A stretch of DNA of 64,000 nucleotides from Alphaproteobacteria bacterium (GCA_051010635.1 JBPCVJ010000002.1:14848-78847), one strand, 5' to 3'. Shown: positions 32,236 to 41,790, counted from the stretch's first letter. The notes: generated by a model from the sequence alone, not told the origin. Numbers and translations: made by a program.

Positions 32236-32795
32236 TGAAACCTAATAACCGAAATATCGCTATTGGTTTGGTGGTCATGGTGGTGGGGCTATTGTTGGGT
32301 AGTTTTGCCTCCGCCCCTTTGTATCGTCTGTTTTGCCAAATCACTGGCTTTGGCGGCACACCACAAAATGCTTCGGCAAATCCATCAGGTTATAACAACA
32401 GCGAATTAATCACGGTTGATAATATCAAGGGGTTTCAGCCTTTAGCTATTTTTTTTGATAAAACCATTGCCACCAATACCCCCATTCGTGTCACTATTTT
32501 AACCCCAAAAGCGGTGGTAAAAATTAATCAACCACAGCGAATTATCTATCAGGTGGAAAACCTAACCGACCAACCGCTCATCATCACCAGCACCTACAAT
32601 GCCACACCCCACAAATATGCCAGCAATATCGTCAAGACCGAATGTTTTTGTTTTTATAAACAACCCCTACAGCCACGGGCAAAAAAAGATATGAGCTTGG
32701 TTTTTTTTATCAGCCCAAGGGTGCTAACTGCCGAAGGGGCAAATAAATTGCGTGAATTGACCGTTGGTTATCATTTCTTTTTGGCACAGCAATAA
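32235..32795 (+). CDS. ctaG: Cytochrome c oxidase assembly protein CtaG/Cox11 (copper delivery)
   Basis: Single N-terminal TM plus the Cox11 copper-binding CFCF motif (VKTECFCFYKQPLQP). TAATG overlap with the MFS gene stop. Confidence 0.9.
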   Translation: MKPNNRNIAIGLVVMVVGLLLGSFASAPLYRLFCQITGFGGTPQNASANPSGYNNSELITVDNIKGFQPLAIFFDKTIATNTPIRVTILTPKAVVKINQPQRIIYQVENLTDQPLIITSTYNATPHKYASNIVKTECFCFYKQPLQPRAKKDMSLVFFISPRVLTAEGANKLRELTVGYHFFLAQQ

Positions 32796-32860
32796 AAAAA
32801 ATGGCTGGTTATAAATCTTACTTGATTCTTTTTTGATAAATTGTTAAATCCATTTTTATC

Positions 32861-33730
32861 ATGTCAAACAAAAAACCCAATCATGATTACCATTTGGTTG
32901 ACCCCAGCCCATGGCCATTGTTGGGGGCATTTGCTGGTTTTGTGCTTGCCTTTGGTTTTATCTGTATGCTCCACCCGAATGTTTTCAATATCAAGCCCGC
33001 CACCGATGACCAATTATTAAAAATAACCTATAATGTGTTGATGCTGGCACCGGGGCTTTTATTATTGCTAGCAACTTTTTATTATTGGTGGCGTGATGTC
33101 ATTAGGGAAGGCAAACATGGTCATCACACTGAGGTGGTTGAACAGGGTTTAAGAATAGGTATGGCATTATTTATTCTATCTGAGGTGATGTTTTTTGTGG
33201 CATTTTTTTGGGCATTTTTTTATAGCAGTCTGTTTGTTGATGATATAAAATTAATCACCCGTTATAGTTTCACTGGTGGCACATGGCCACCCAAAGGCAT
33301 CGTGCCTATCAAAACTTTTGAACTGCCCTTTGTCAATACCATGATATTATTGCTATCGGGCACAACCTTAACTTGGGCGCATTATGCCTTGAAAGAAAAT
33401 AATCGCAAAGATTTGGTGCGGGGTTTGCGTTATACTATCCTATTGGGGTTGTTATTTTCTGCTATCCAATTATTTGAATATCTCCATGCCGATTTTGCTC
33501 TCAAAACTGGCACCTATGGTGCAACCTTTTTTATGGCAACTGGGTTTCATGGGCTACATGTTATTATTGGCACGATATTCCTTGCTATCTGTTATTTGCG
33601 TGCCAAGCAGGGTGATTTTTCCCCCACCCATCATTTTGGTTTAGAAGCCGCCGCATGGTATTGGCATTTTGTTGATGTGGTTTGGTTATTTTTATTTGTT
33701 TCTATCTATTGGTGGGGGGGCAGTGGTTAA
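32861..33730 (+). CDS. ctaE: Cytochrome c oxidase subunit III
   Basis: 7-TM COX3 family with conserved HHFG..AAAWYWHFVDVVWLFLF region. Confidence 0.9.
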   Translation: MSNKKPNHDYHLVDPSPWPLLGAFAGFVLAFGFICMLHPNVFNIKPATDDQLLKITYNVLMLAPGLLLLLATFYYWWRDVIREGKHGHHTEVVEQGLRIGMALFILSEVMFFVAFFWAFFYSSLFVDDIKLITRYSFTGGTWPPKGIVPIKTFELPFVNTMILLLSGTTLTWAHYALKENNRKDLVRGLRYTILLGLLFSAIQLFEYLHADFALKTGTYGATFFMATGFHGLHVIIGTIFLAICYLRAKQGDFSPTHHFGLEAAAWYWHFVDVVWLFLFVSIYWWGGSG

Positions 33731-33752
33731 TCATTCCCTATCAATCGCCTAC

Positions 33753-34589
33753 ATGTCGCAAAAAAAATCACGGCTTCGCCCGAAAATTCTATTACCACTT
33801 ATTATCATAAGTTTTTTACTTGGTGTATGGCAATGTTTTCGCCTTTATGCCAAGCAAGATATCATTACCGTGCAATTAAAAAACCAATCCAATCCTGCAC
33901 TTATATGGCAACAACCCAATGATAAAAATTTTTCTTTCATAAAAAAGCAAAACCGAGGCAAAAAATATATCATCAGCGGGGAATTATTTCCTGCCCAAAC
34001 CATCTATCTACTCAGTCTTGCCCCTGATGGTAGCGAAAGTCGCGGCTATTTGCCCATCATGCCATTTTTAACCAGCGATGGTGATTGGTTGCTGGTGGCA
34101 GTTGGTTTTTATCGGGAACGATTGAAAAAAAATATCACCAGCCAAATGATAGATAAAACCATCGGTGATGATTTGGCACAATTACAAAAAAAAAACCTTA
34201 CCCTTACCCTTTACAGCGACCCGATAAGGCAAAAAGGTTTTTTTATGCCTGACAATATTGCCAATAGCAAAATTTGGTTTTACCTAGATAAAACTCATCT
34301 AGCAAAAAAATGGCAAAGGGCAGAATTCTTATCACCCGAACCCAGCAATGATTTTATTTTTAAACTGGCACAATTACAACCTGAAAATACCATCAACCTA
34401 TCAAGCCCGATAGAATTTTTTAGCGAAGGCCTGCCCCTGCCTTACAATCGCCATGTGGAATATATTGCCACATGGTGGTTGCTTGCGCTGTTTGGTTTTC
34501 TACTCTATTGGTTTGGCACAGGCACGGCTAATAAAACAACCAAAAAAAATTATCATAAAAAAAAATTAACATCACAAAAACAACCTTAA
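33753..34589 (+). CDS. SURF1-family cytochrome oxidase assembly protein
   Basis: N-terminus RLRPKILLPLIIISFLLGVWQCFRL and a C-terminal TM, typical of SURF1. Start set at the MSQKK Met (33753); the ORF extends back to 33669. Confidence 0.8.
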   Translation: MSQKKSRLRPKILLPLIIISFLLGVWQCFRLYAKQDIITVQLKNQSNPALIWQQPNDKNFSFIKKQNRGKKYIISGELFPAQTIYLLSLAPDGSESRGYLPIMPFLTSDGDWLLVAVGFYRERLKKNITSQMIDKTIGDDLAQLQKKNLTLTLYSDPIRQKGFFMPDNIANSKIWFYLDKTHLAKKWQRAEFLSPEPSNDFIFKLAQLQPENTINLSSPIEFFSEGLPLPYNRHVEYIATWWLLALFGFLLYWFGTGTANKTTKKNYHKKKLTSQKQP

Positions 34590-34592
34590 CCA

Positions 34593-35237
34593 ATGAACGA
34601 TATTTATGATGAAACACCAAAATACCTGCCCGATAAAATTTCATCGGTGGTGATATTGCTACATGGCTATGGCGCCGACGGCAATGATCTACTAAAGCCG
34701 ATAAAAGAATCTTGGCATAGTCTATTCCCAGAAACCGCCCTGTTTGCCCCGAACGGGCTTATCAAAAGACCCGCTATGGGTTATGAATGGTTTCGCCTTA
34801 CCAATATCAACGAAGAGGAAATCACCACTGGCGTTATTGAAACCGAAAAAACCATCTGGGCATTGATAGCAGCGATTGTAAAAAATCTATCCCTGCCACA
34901 TAAAAAAATTTTTTTTCTCGGCTTTAGCCAAGGCACCATCGTTGCCCTTCATGCGGGATTAAAATACCCATCGCTTTTGGGTGGGGTGATAGGTTTTTCA
35001 GGCGCTCTACCTGACCGTGCCAATATCAAAACCAGCATCAAGCAAAAACCACCGATTGTTTTGTTGCACGGCGAACTTGACCCTGTGGTGCCTTTTATGG
35101 CAAGCGAAATGGCGTCCAATGCCTTAAAGGATGCAAGGGTTGATGTTGCCCTTCATCTTGAGCCCGATCTTGCCCATGCGATAGGACCGATAGGTTTTAA
35201 AATTGCCACCAATTTTTTACAAAAACATCTTGGTTAA
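34593..35237 (+). CDS. Carboxylesterase/phospholipase-family alpha/beta hydrolase
   Basis: Nucleophile elbow GFSQGT, C-terminal His (LAHAIGP), 214 aa (Abhydrolase_2-like). Confidence 0.75.
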   Translation: MNDIYDETPKYLPDKISSVVILLHGYGADGNDLLKPIKESWHSLFPETALFAPNGLIKRPAMGYEWFRLTNINEEEITTGVIETEKTIWALIAAIVKNLSLPHKKIFFLGFSQGTIVALHAGLKYPSLLGGVIGFSGALPDRANIKTSIKQKPPIVLLHGELDPVVPFMASEMASNALKDARVDVALHLEPDLAHAIGPIGFKIATNFLQKHLG

Positions 35238-35332
35238 AATCATTTTGATTTTTTGGGCAATGATTTTTGCCAAGCAAAACAACCAAATTATGATATAAGG
35301 GATAAAAAACCTAAAGGATAAAATAATATAAC

Positions 35333-35917
35333 ATGACCCTTAAAAAACTTGATTTTATTTTGGCATCACGCTCGCCAAGGCGATTGCAATTATTAGCACA
35401 ATTATCCATCGCCCCCAATAGGGTGATACCAGCCGATATTGATGAATCCGTCTTGCCAGATGAATTACCCAAAGATTTTTCCCTTCGCTTAGCAAAAAGC
35501 AAAGCCACAGCTGTGGCAAGGCAGTACCCCAACCATATTATTCTTTCTGCCGACACCGTGGTGGCAATGGGAAGACGGATAATGGCAAAGCCAAAAAATG
35601 AAACCGAAGCCAAACATATAATAAAAAAATTATCGGGCAGACGATGCCGCATCTATACCGCTATGGTGCTAATAAATAAAAAACAAAAACCATTATGCCG
35701 CATCAGCAAAACACGCTTAAAGTTAAAGCCATTACATGATGGGGATATAACAAACTATATCAAAACAGGTGAATGGCAAGATCGGGCGGGCGGGCTGGCA
35801 CTTGATGGCTTGGCTTCTGCATGGTGTATATGGCTAAATGGTAGCCCCACTGCCGCCATTGGGCTTGACCTTGCCATCACCCGTCAATTATTAAAAACTG
35901 CCGAGTTGTTATCGTGA
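35333..35917 (+). CDS. maf: Maf-like nucleoside triphosphate pyrophosphatase
   Basis: ILASRSPRRLQLL ... ILSADTVV signature of the Maf family. Confidence 0.85.
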   Translation: MTLKKLDFILASRSPRRLQLLAQLSIAPNRVIPADIDESVLPDELPKDFSLRLAKSKATAVARQYPNHIILSADTVVAMGRRIMAKPKNETEAKHIIKKLSGRRCRIYTAMVLINKKQKPLCRISKTRLKLKPLHDGDITNYIKTGEWQDRAGGLALDGLASAWCIWLNGSPTAAIGLDLAITRQLLKTAELLS

Positions 35918-37206
35918 AAAATTTATTTTCTACCAACCATAGAGGGCAATTACTTGCCGATAATTTACGCCCAAAAAATTTAAACGATGTGGTTGGGCAG
36001 GAACATCTTACCAGCGATAATGCACCTTTGAGGCTTATGGTGCATGAAAAAAAAATGCGGTCAATGATATTATGGGGACCACCAGGGGTAGGAAAAACCA
36101 CCATCGCCCTACTATTGGCGAAAGATTCCCAAATGGAATTTCGTTCGCTGTCAGCGGTGTTTAGCGGGGTGGCAGATTTGAAAAAAATTTTTGAAGAAGC
36201 CGAAACAGCAAAAAATATGGGTCTAGCAACTTGTTTGTTTGTTGATGAGATTCATCGTTTTAACCGCGCACAACAGGATAGTTTTTTACCATTTGTTGAA
36301 AGCGGTTTAATTACCCTTATGGGTGCCACCACCGAAAACCCATCTTTTGCCCTTAACAATGCTTTGCTATCACGCTTAAGTGTTTTTGTTTTATACCCTT
36401 TGGCAGAAAAAGATTTTATCAAGATATTAAAGCGTGCCGAAGACCATTATGGCAAACAATTCTTGCTTGATGATAATAACAAAAAAACCTTGATTGATTT
36501 GGCGGCGGGCGATGGGCGTTATTTTTTGAATATGTTAGAGCAGGTGCATTTTGCCAATCTCAGCGCTCCACCAAGCCAAGAAGCATTGTTATCACTGGTG
36601 CAAAAAAAATCAGCCATCTATGATAAGGGCGAAGACGGGCATTATAACTATATTTCGGCATTGCATAAAGCAGTAAGGGGTAGCGACCCCGATGCCGCAC
36701 TCTATTGGCTATACCGTATGTTGAATGCGGGGGAAAATAGGGATTTTTTGGCAAGACGGATATTGCGTATGGCTTATGAAGATGTGGGGCTTGCCGATAA
36801 CCATGCCCAACAGGTCGCCCTAACCGCTTGGCAAACTATGGAACGATTGGGTAGCCCCGAGGGTGAAATTGCTCTGGCAACAGCGGTGGTTTATATCGCC
36901 CTTGCACCCAAATCGAATCGCATTTACAAAGCCATTCAACAGGCAGAGGTGTTTGCCAAACAACATAACAACCAATCTCCGCCAAAAATTATTTTGAATG
37001 CACCGACAAAATTGATGAAAGATTTGGATTATGGCAAAGATTATATCTATGACCACAATGACCCTGATGGTTTTTCTGGGCAAAATTATTTTCCCGATGG
37101 TATGGCACGGGTAGAATTTTTTGACCCAGTGGATAGGGGGTTTGAAAGGGAATTGATAAAACGCAAAAATTATTTTGCCCGCTTGCGTGCCAAAAAACAA
37201 AAATAA
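35914..37206 (+). CDS. rarA: Replication-associated recombination protein A (AAA+ ATPase)
   Basis: Walker A GPPGVGKTT, Walker B LFVDEIHRFN, MgsA C-terminal region. ATGA overlap with maf. Confidence 0.9.
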   Translation: MKNLFSTNHRGQLLADNLRPKNLNDVVGQEHLTSDNAPLRLMVHEKKMRSMILWGPPGVGKTTIALLLAKDSQMEFRSLSAVFSGVADLKKIFEEAETAKNMGLATCLFVDEIHRFNRAQQDSFLPFVESGLITLMGATTENPSFALNNALLSRLSVFVLYPLAEKDFIKILKRAEDHYGKQFLLDDNNKKTLIDLAAGDGRYFLNMLEQVHFANLSAPPSQEALLSLVQKKSAIYDKGEDGHYNYISALHKAVRGSDPDAALYWLYRMLNAGENRDFLARRILRMAYEDVGLADNHAQQVALTAWQTMERLGSPEGEIALATAVVYIALAPKSNRIYKAIQQAEVFAKQHNNQSPPKIILNAPTKLMKDLDYGKDYIYDHNDPDGFSGQNYFPDGMARVEFFDPVDRGFERELIKRKNYFARLRAKKQK

Positions 37207-37207
37207 T

Positions 37208-38782
37208 ATGAATCATTATATCTTTGCCAATTATATTTTGCCATATGGTAAGTGGTGGGCAACGATATTGTTTGGTGGTTTGGCAGGGTTTGCCTTTGTG
37301 CCATGGCAGATATTTTGGCTGTTTCCCCTAATGATGTTTTTTTTTATAAAAAACATTTTTGATAAAAATTTTTTTTATAAAAAACCTATAAAAATAATTT
37401 TGGCACATGGGTTTTTATTTTATTTTTTACAAAATCTTGTTGGTTTATCATGGGTAGGGTCTGCCCCTTTGGTATTTGACCAAAGCCTGTGGTGGGTTGG
37501 GTGGTTGATGCGGGTGATGCTACCTGCGATAATCGCATTGCTTTATATGCCTGCCTTTTTTATCGCAAAAAAATTTGGCACAACCCATCTTAAACAATTA
37601 TTATTGCTAGGGCTTGGGTTATCATTGATAGATATATTACGCCACGGGTTTTTATCAGGCTCGCCATGGAATATTGCCAGCCATAGTTTTCTTTATCTTA
37701 ATTTTTTTATGCCATGGGTATCATTGGTCGGGCAATATGTTTTATCTTTTTGGTTATATGGGGTGATTTTTTTATGTGCCATAGGGTTTTATTTCAACAA
37801 CCATCGCCCGTTGGTTTTTAGCACAGTGGTGTTATGGTGTTTGATACCGATGGGTTTGTTTTATTATCTACCTCATCAACCAATCACTTCAGCAGATACA
37901 AACCAACATATACGAGTGGTGCAACCAAATCTATCGGTTGGTGATAAAAAACAAAAACCATTTTTTGAAAATATCAAACGATTAAAAAACCTAAGCCATA
38001 ACCAAGATACTATCCCCACCATCATCATTTGGCCCGAAAGTGCTGTGCCTATCAATTTTGTCAAAAATATTGCGACACGACAATTTATCACCGATTTTAT
38101 GCAAACAAATGATAAATTGTTGCTTGGCGGATTGCGACAAGACGAAGATGGTGCTTATCGCAATAGTATTTTTTTGCTTGATAGCAATGGTAAAATTTTG
38201 GCTTATTATGATAAACATCATCTGGTGCCATTGGGCGAATATGTGCCTTTTGCCTCGCTTGCCAAACAATTAGGTATCTTGCCCTTGGCGGCACAAAATA
38301 TCAATTTGGCAAGGGGGGATGCACCCGTGCCAATAAAAATAAGCGATAATTTTTTTTTCCAACCTTCGATATGTTATGAAATTATTTTTCCTAACCTTGC
38401 CAGACGCAACAATCTAACCACCGACATTGATGCCATCATCAATATCAGCAATGATGCATGGTTTGGCAAAACCATAGGACCAAAACAACATCTTTTTTTG
38501 GCACGCTTGCGGGCAGTAGAAAATGGCGTGCCGCTTTATCGTTCTGCCATAACTGGCATCAGTGCCGTCATTGACCATCGGGGGCATATAGTGCAAAACA
38601 TAGATTTTGGCAAAGCCGATAATATCATATCACCGCTATTAGCCAAAACCACTTATCCACCTTTTTATGCCCGCTATCAAAATATCATTGATGGTAGCTT
38701 GGCTGGCGGGCTGGCTTTGACATTATATTGCCTTTGTTTTATATCATTACCATCGCGCAAAAAAACCAAAAGAAAAAAATGA
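37208..38782 (+). CDS. lnt: Apolipoprotein N-acyltransferase
   Basis: N-terminal polytopic domain plus the CN-hydrolase domain with the catalytic Cys in ICYEIIFP. Start at the ATG at 37208 directly after the rarA stop. Confidence 0.85.
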   Translation: MNHYIFANYILPYGKWWATILFGGLAGFAFVPWQIFWLFPLMMFFFIKNIFDKNFFYKKPIKIILAHGFLFYFLQNLVGLSWVGSAPLVFDQSLWWVGWLMRVMLPAIIALLYMPAFFIAKKFGTTHLKQLLLLGLGLSLIDILRHGFLSGSPWNIASHSFLYLNFFMPWVSLVGQYVLSFWLYGVIFLCAIGFYFNNHRPLVFSTVVLWCLIPMGLFYYLPHQPITSADTNQHIRVVQPNLSVGDKKQKPFFENIKRLKNLSHNQDTIPTIIIWPESAVPINFVKNIATRQFITDFMQTNDKLLLGGLRQDEDGAYRNSIFLLDSNGKILAYYDKHHLVPLGEYVPFASLAKQLGILPLAAQNINLARGDAPVPIKISDNFFFQPSICYEIIFPNLARRNNLTTDIDAIINISNDAWFGKTIGPKQHLFLARLRAVENGVPLYRSAITGISAVIDHRGHIVQNIDFGKADNIISPLLAKTTYPPFYARYQNIIDGSLAGGLALTLYCLCFISLPSRKKTKRKK

Positions 38783-39405
38783 TAAGACAGCACCAACCCA
38801 TTCCGCACGATATTCTTATCTTACCTGATAAATTATTAAGAGAAACATCAAAAGAAATTCCACGGGTATCTGATGAAACCCGTATGATATTTGATGATAT
38901 GTTAGAAACCATGCAACTTGCCAATGGCATTGGTCTTGCCGCACCACAAATTGGTATTTTGCAAAGATTGGTGGTGATAGATTTTCATTATTCCACCCGC
39001 TACCCAAAGGAAGATCTGTTGCTTGCCGAAAAAACTTTGGCATTGGCAAAAACACAAAAAATTCATGATGAAAAACCACAACCCAAAAATGACCAAAAAC
39101 CCCACAGCCTATTTCTTGCCAACCCAGAAATTATTTATCAATCAGACGAAACCAATATCTATGCCGAGGGTTGTCTTTCTATCCCCAATATTTTTGAAGA
39201 TGTTGAACGCCCCAAACACATAAAATTACGCTATTGGGATTATCATGGCAAAGAACGCGAAATAACAGCCGATGGTTTGCTTGCCACTTGCTTGCAACAT
39301 GAGGTGGACCACCTGAATGGCAAATTATTTATTGATTATCTTTCGCCATTAAAAAAAAATATGATTACAAAAAAATTTACCAAATCGGCAAAGGCAAAGC
39401 TATAA
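38779..39405 (+). CDS. def: Peptide deformylase
   Basis: Motifs GIGLAAPQIG, EGCLS, HEVDHLNG. Contains an insertion of about 40 aa (..STRYPKEDLLLAEKTLALAKTQKIHDEKPQPKNDQKPH..) between motifs 1 and 2. Confidence 0.9.
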   Translation: MIRQHQPIPHDILILPDKLLRETSKEIPRVSDETRMIFDDMLETMQLANGIGLAAPQIGILQRLVVIDFHYSTRYPKEDLLLAEKTLALAKTQKIHDEKPQPKNDQKPHSLFLANPEIIYQSDETNIYAEGCLSIPNIFEDVERPKHIKLRYWDYHGKEREITADGLLATCLQHEVDHLNGKLFIDYLSPLKKNMITKKFTKSAKAKL

Positions 39406-39410
39406 AAAAA

Positions 39411-40148
39411 TTAATCATCCTCTGTGCCATTGTTATTTTCTTTTCGTAATTGTTCATAATAATCATCTTCATTATCTAACACATCAGGCGGGGGCACAAA
39501 AACCTCCGCCAGAGCATTTTCTTTGGCAATATATTGATTGGCAAGCCGTTGCAATGCTGCCATATTGTTAGAAAAAAAATGATCGGCGCGCTTTACAAAA
39601 GCATATTCAATCTTGATACCCGGCTGGTTTTGTAATTTTTCAACCAACTTTTCCTGTTCGTTATACGGCACAATTGAATCGGCAGAACCTTGCATAATCA
39701 ACCCTGAGGTCGGGCAAGGAGCCAGAAAAGAAAAATCATAAAGATTAACTGGCGGTGCCACAGCGATAAAACGAAAAATTTCTGGGCGACGCATCAATAA
39801 TTGCATGGCGATCCATGCACCAAAAGAAAAACCCGCTATCCAAAAACGGCGGCTATGGGTATGGTGTTGTTGCATCCAATCAAGCACCGTTGCCGCATCG
39901 GTCAATTCACCTTCGCCCTTAGCAAATGAACCTTCTGATTTTCCCACCCCACGAAAATTAAATCGCAAAACATGGCAACCTTGTTTGGCAAAACAATGAA
40001 ACAGATTAAACATCACCTTATTATTCATCGTGCCACCCTGTTGGGGGTTGGGGTGAAACAAAACAGCACAAGGCGAATCCAATTTTACGCCCGGCATATA
40101 ACGCCCTTCCAATCTTCCTTCTGGTCCATAGATAACAACTTCGGGCAT
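39411..40148 (-). CDS. Alpha/beta hydrolase
   Basis: Nucleophile elbow AGFSFGA and an HPNPQQGGTMNNKV oxyanion region. Start set at the MPEVVIYG Met (ATG complement 40146-40148); the longer ORF to 40358 would overlap the cysE start. Confidence 0.7.
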   Translation of the reverse strand: MPEVVIYGPEGRLEGRYMPGVKLDSPCAVLFHPNPQQGGTMNNKVMFNLFHCFAKQGCHVLRFNFRGVGKSEGSFAKGEGELTDAATVLDWMQQHHTHSRRFWIAGFSFGAWIAMQLLMRRPEIFRFIAVAPPVNLYDFSFLAPCPTSGLIMQGSADSIVPYNEQEKLVEKLQNQPGIKIEYAFVKRADHFFSNNMAALQRLANQYIAKENALAEVFVPPPDVLDNEDDYYEQLRKENNNGTEDD

Positions 40149-40279
40149 GGTGATAGTCCTTCTTAAAAAAATAATTTTTTTATCTATAGAATAATCATAT
40201 TTTTTTAGCAAGCCTTTAAAAAAAACCGCAATATCCATAACGGGCTTGATTTCATAGGGCAATACAGATAAAGGAAACC

Positions 40280-41044
40280 ATGGGAAAAATATCATCAATA
40301 AAAAAACCAAAACAAAAAATGGCAAAAAAATCTCCATCGCTTGCCCAAAAACCACCACGCAAAAAATATCTATGGTGGTTGTTTCGTGAAGTGGATAGTA
40401 TTATTGCTCGCGACCCCGCGGCACGCCATCGCTTAGAGGTGATATTGCTTTTTCACAATTATCATGCGGTAAAAATACACCGATTAAATCATTTTTTATG
40501 GCATTGCCATTTGAAACTTTTGGCAAAATTCATCACCCTGTTGGTGCGTATTTGGAGTGGTATAGAAATTCACCCCGCCGCCGCCATTGGTAAAAGATTA
40601 TTCATTGACCATGGCATGGGGGTGGTGATTGGCGAAACCGCCACCATCGGCGATGATGTTACCTTATACCATGGCGTTACTTTGGGCGGGGTATCACCAT
40701 CGGTGAATGCCGATAAACAACGCTTACAAAAACGCCACCCCAGTTTAGAAAATAATGTTATTGTGGGTTCGGGGGCACAGATATTGGGCCCCATCACGGT
40801 GGGGCAAGGGGCAAGGGTGGGCGCCAATGCGGTGGTGGTAAAGGATGTGCCGCCCTATAGCACCGTGGTGGGTATCCCCGCCAAAGTGGTGGAACAATGG
40901 AATAAAAACGATACCAAACACGATAGTTTTTCAGCCTACGGTGTATCGCAAAAATCTGCAACCAGCGACCCCTTATTAAATGACATTAAACAATTACAAA
41001 AACGCATCAGCCAATTGGAACAACAGGCAAAAAAGAAAAAATAG
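40280..41044 (+). CDS. cysE: Serine O-acetyltransferase
   Basis: SATase N-terminal helix region (..LWWLFREVDSIIARDPAA..) and left-handed hexapeptide repeats GIEIHPAAAIGKRLFIDHGMGVVIGETATIGDDVTLYHGVTLGG. Confidence 0.9.
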   Translation: MGKISSIKKPKQKMAKKSPSLAQKPPRKKYLWWLFREVDSIIARDPAARHRLEVILLFHNYHAVKIHRLNHFLWHCHLKLLAKFITLLVRIWSGIEIHPAAAIGKRLFIDHGMGVVIGETATIGDDVTLYHGVTLGGVSPSVNADKQRLQKRHPSLENNVIVGSGAQILGPITVGQGARVGANAVVVKDVPPYSTVVGIPAKVVEQWNKNDTKHDSFSAYGVSQKSATSDPLLNDIKQLQKRISQLEQQAKKKK

Positions 41045-41047
41045 ACT

Positions 41048-41130
41048 CTTGCGATATAGCCTATAGAGATGTTATATTAGATGAAGATTAGAATCTTACC
41101 ACTTGCGATATAGCCGTAAAAATGTTATAT
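41048..41130 (+). promoter_or_regulatory. Imperfect direct repeat (2 x about 29 bp, 54-bp period) upstream of the toxin-antitoxin pair; candidate operator/promoter
   Basis: CTTGCGATATAGCC-TATAGAG-ATGTTATAT at 41048-41077 and CTTGCGATATAGCC-GTAAAAA-ATGTTATAT at 41102-41130, read directly. Confidence 0.35.
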
Positions 41131-41171
41131 CAAACAAAAGGGGGAAAAACTGTGAAAAAGGCAAAAAAACT

Positions 41172-41342
41172 ATGACTGATAAAAACACAACTAATATAAA
41201 ACCCAAAAAAAATATTGGGAAAAAAATGGCTACTGCCGAACCGTCTGGCTTGACCGAAAAACAAAAGGCAGATATTGAATTTGTGGTAAATGATATTTAT
41301 CGTAGATACCCCATTACCATGCGAAAATTAGCCGATGGTTGA
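41172..41342 (+). CDS. Putative antitoxin partner of the Doc-family toxin (Phd-like position)
   Basis: Small ORF (56 aa from ATG 41172; the TTG-initiated ORF from 41103 runs inside the repeat). Its stop overlaps the Doc gene start by 8 nt, the typical type II TA arrangement. No sequence-level family match made. Confidence 0.45.
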   Translation: MTDKNTTNIKPKKNIGKKMATAEPSGLTEKQKADIEFVVNDIYRRYPITMRKLADG

Positions 41343-41784
41343 TTCTGTCAAGTCTCTTTTTGTTGAAGAAATTAAGGCATTAACTATCATTGCACAAAAA
41401 AAGGCGGTTGAAAAAAAACATGAGCCTATTCCTGATTTTTCGACCCGTTATGATGGAAAATTGGAAAGTTGTTTAAACACACCCTTTACCAGTTTTGGTG
41501 AGGTTGATGTCTACCCTGATTTGCCAGCAAAAGCATCTATTTTGTTTTATTTGATGGTTAAAAACCACCCCTTTCAAAATGGTAATAAAAGAATAGCTGT
41601 TATAACTTTGGGTTATTTTTTATACAAAAACCAGCATATTTTATATATACCAGATGCAAATTTATACCAATTAGCAACATTCGTTGCCGCGTCCGAGTCT
41701 GAAAAAAAAGACTATATGATGAGTATATTAAAAGGTCTTATAGGTTATTTTATGAAACCAGCAACCCCCAAACAATCTAATTGA
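41335..41784 (+). CDS. Doc/Fic-family toxin (death-on-curing-like)
   Basis: NHPFQNGNKRIAV matches the Doc motif HxFx(D/N)GNKR; 149 aa. Confidence 0.7.
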   Translation: MVDSVKSLFVEEIKALTIIAQKKAVEKKHEPIPDFSTRYDGKLESCLNTPFTSFGEVDVYPDLPAKASILFYLMVKNHPFQNGNKRIAVITLGYFLYKNQHILYIPDANLYQLATFVAASESEKKDYMMSILKGLIGYFMKPATPKQSN

Positions 41785-41790
41785 CCAATA

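Noticed and set aside
35311-35652. 113-aa minus-strand ORF overlapping the maf start
   Set aside because: It overlaps the conserved Maf N-terminus in antisense. Likely spurious.
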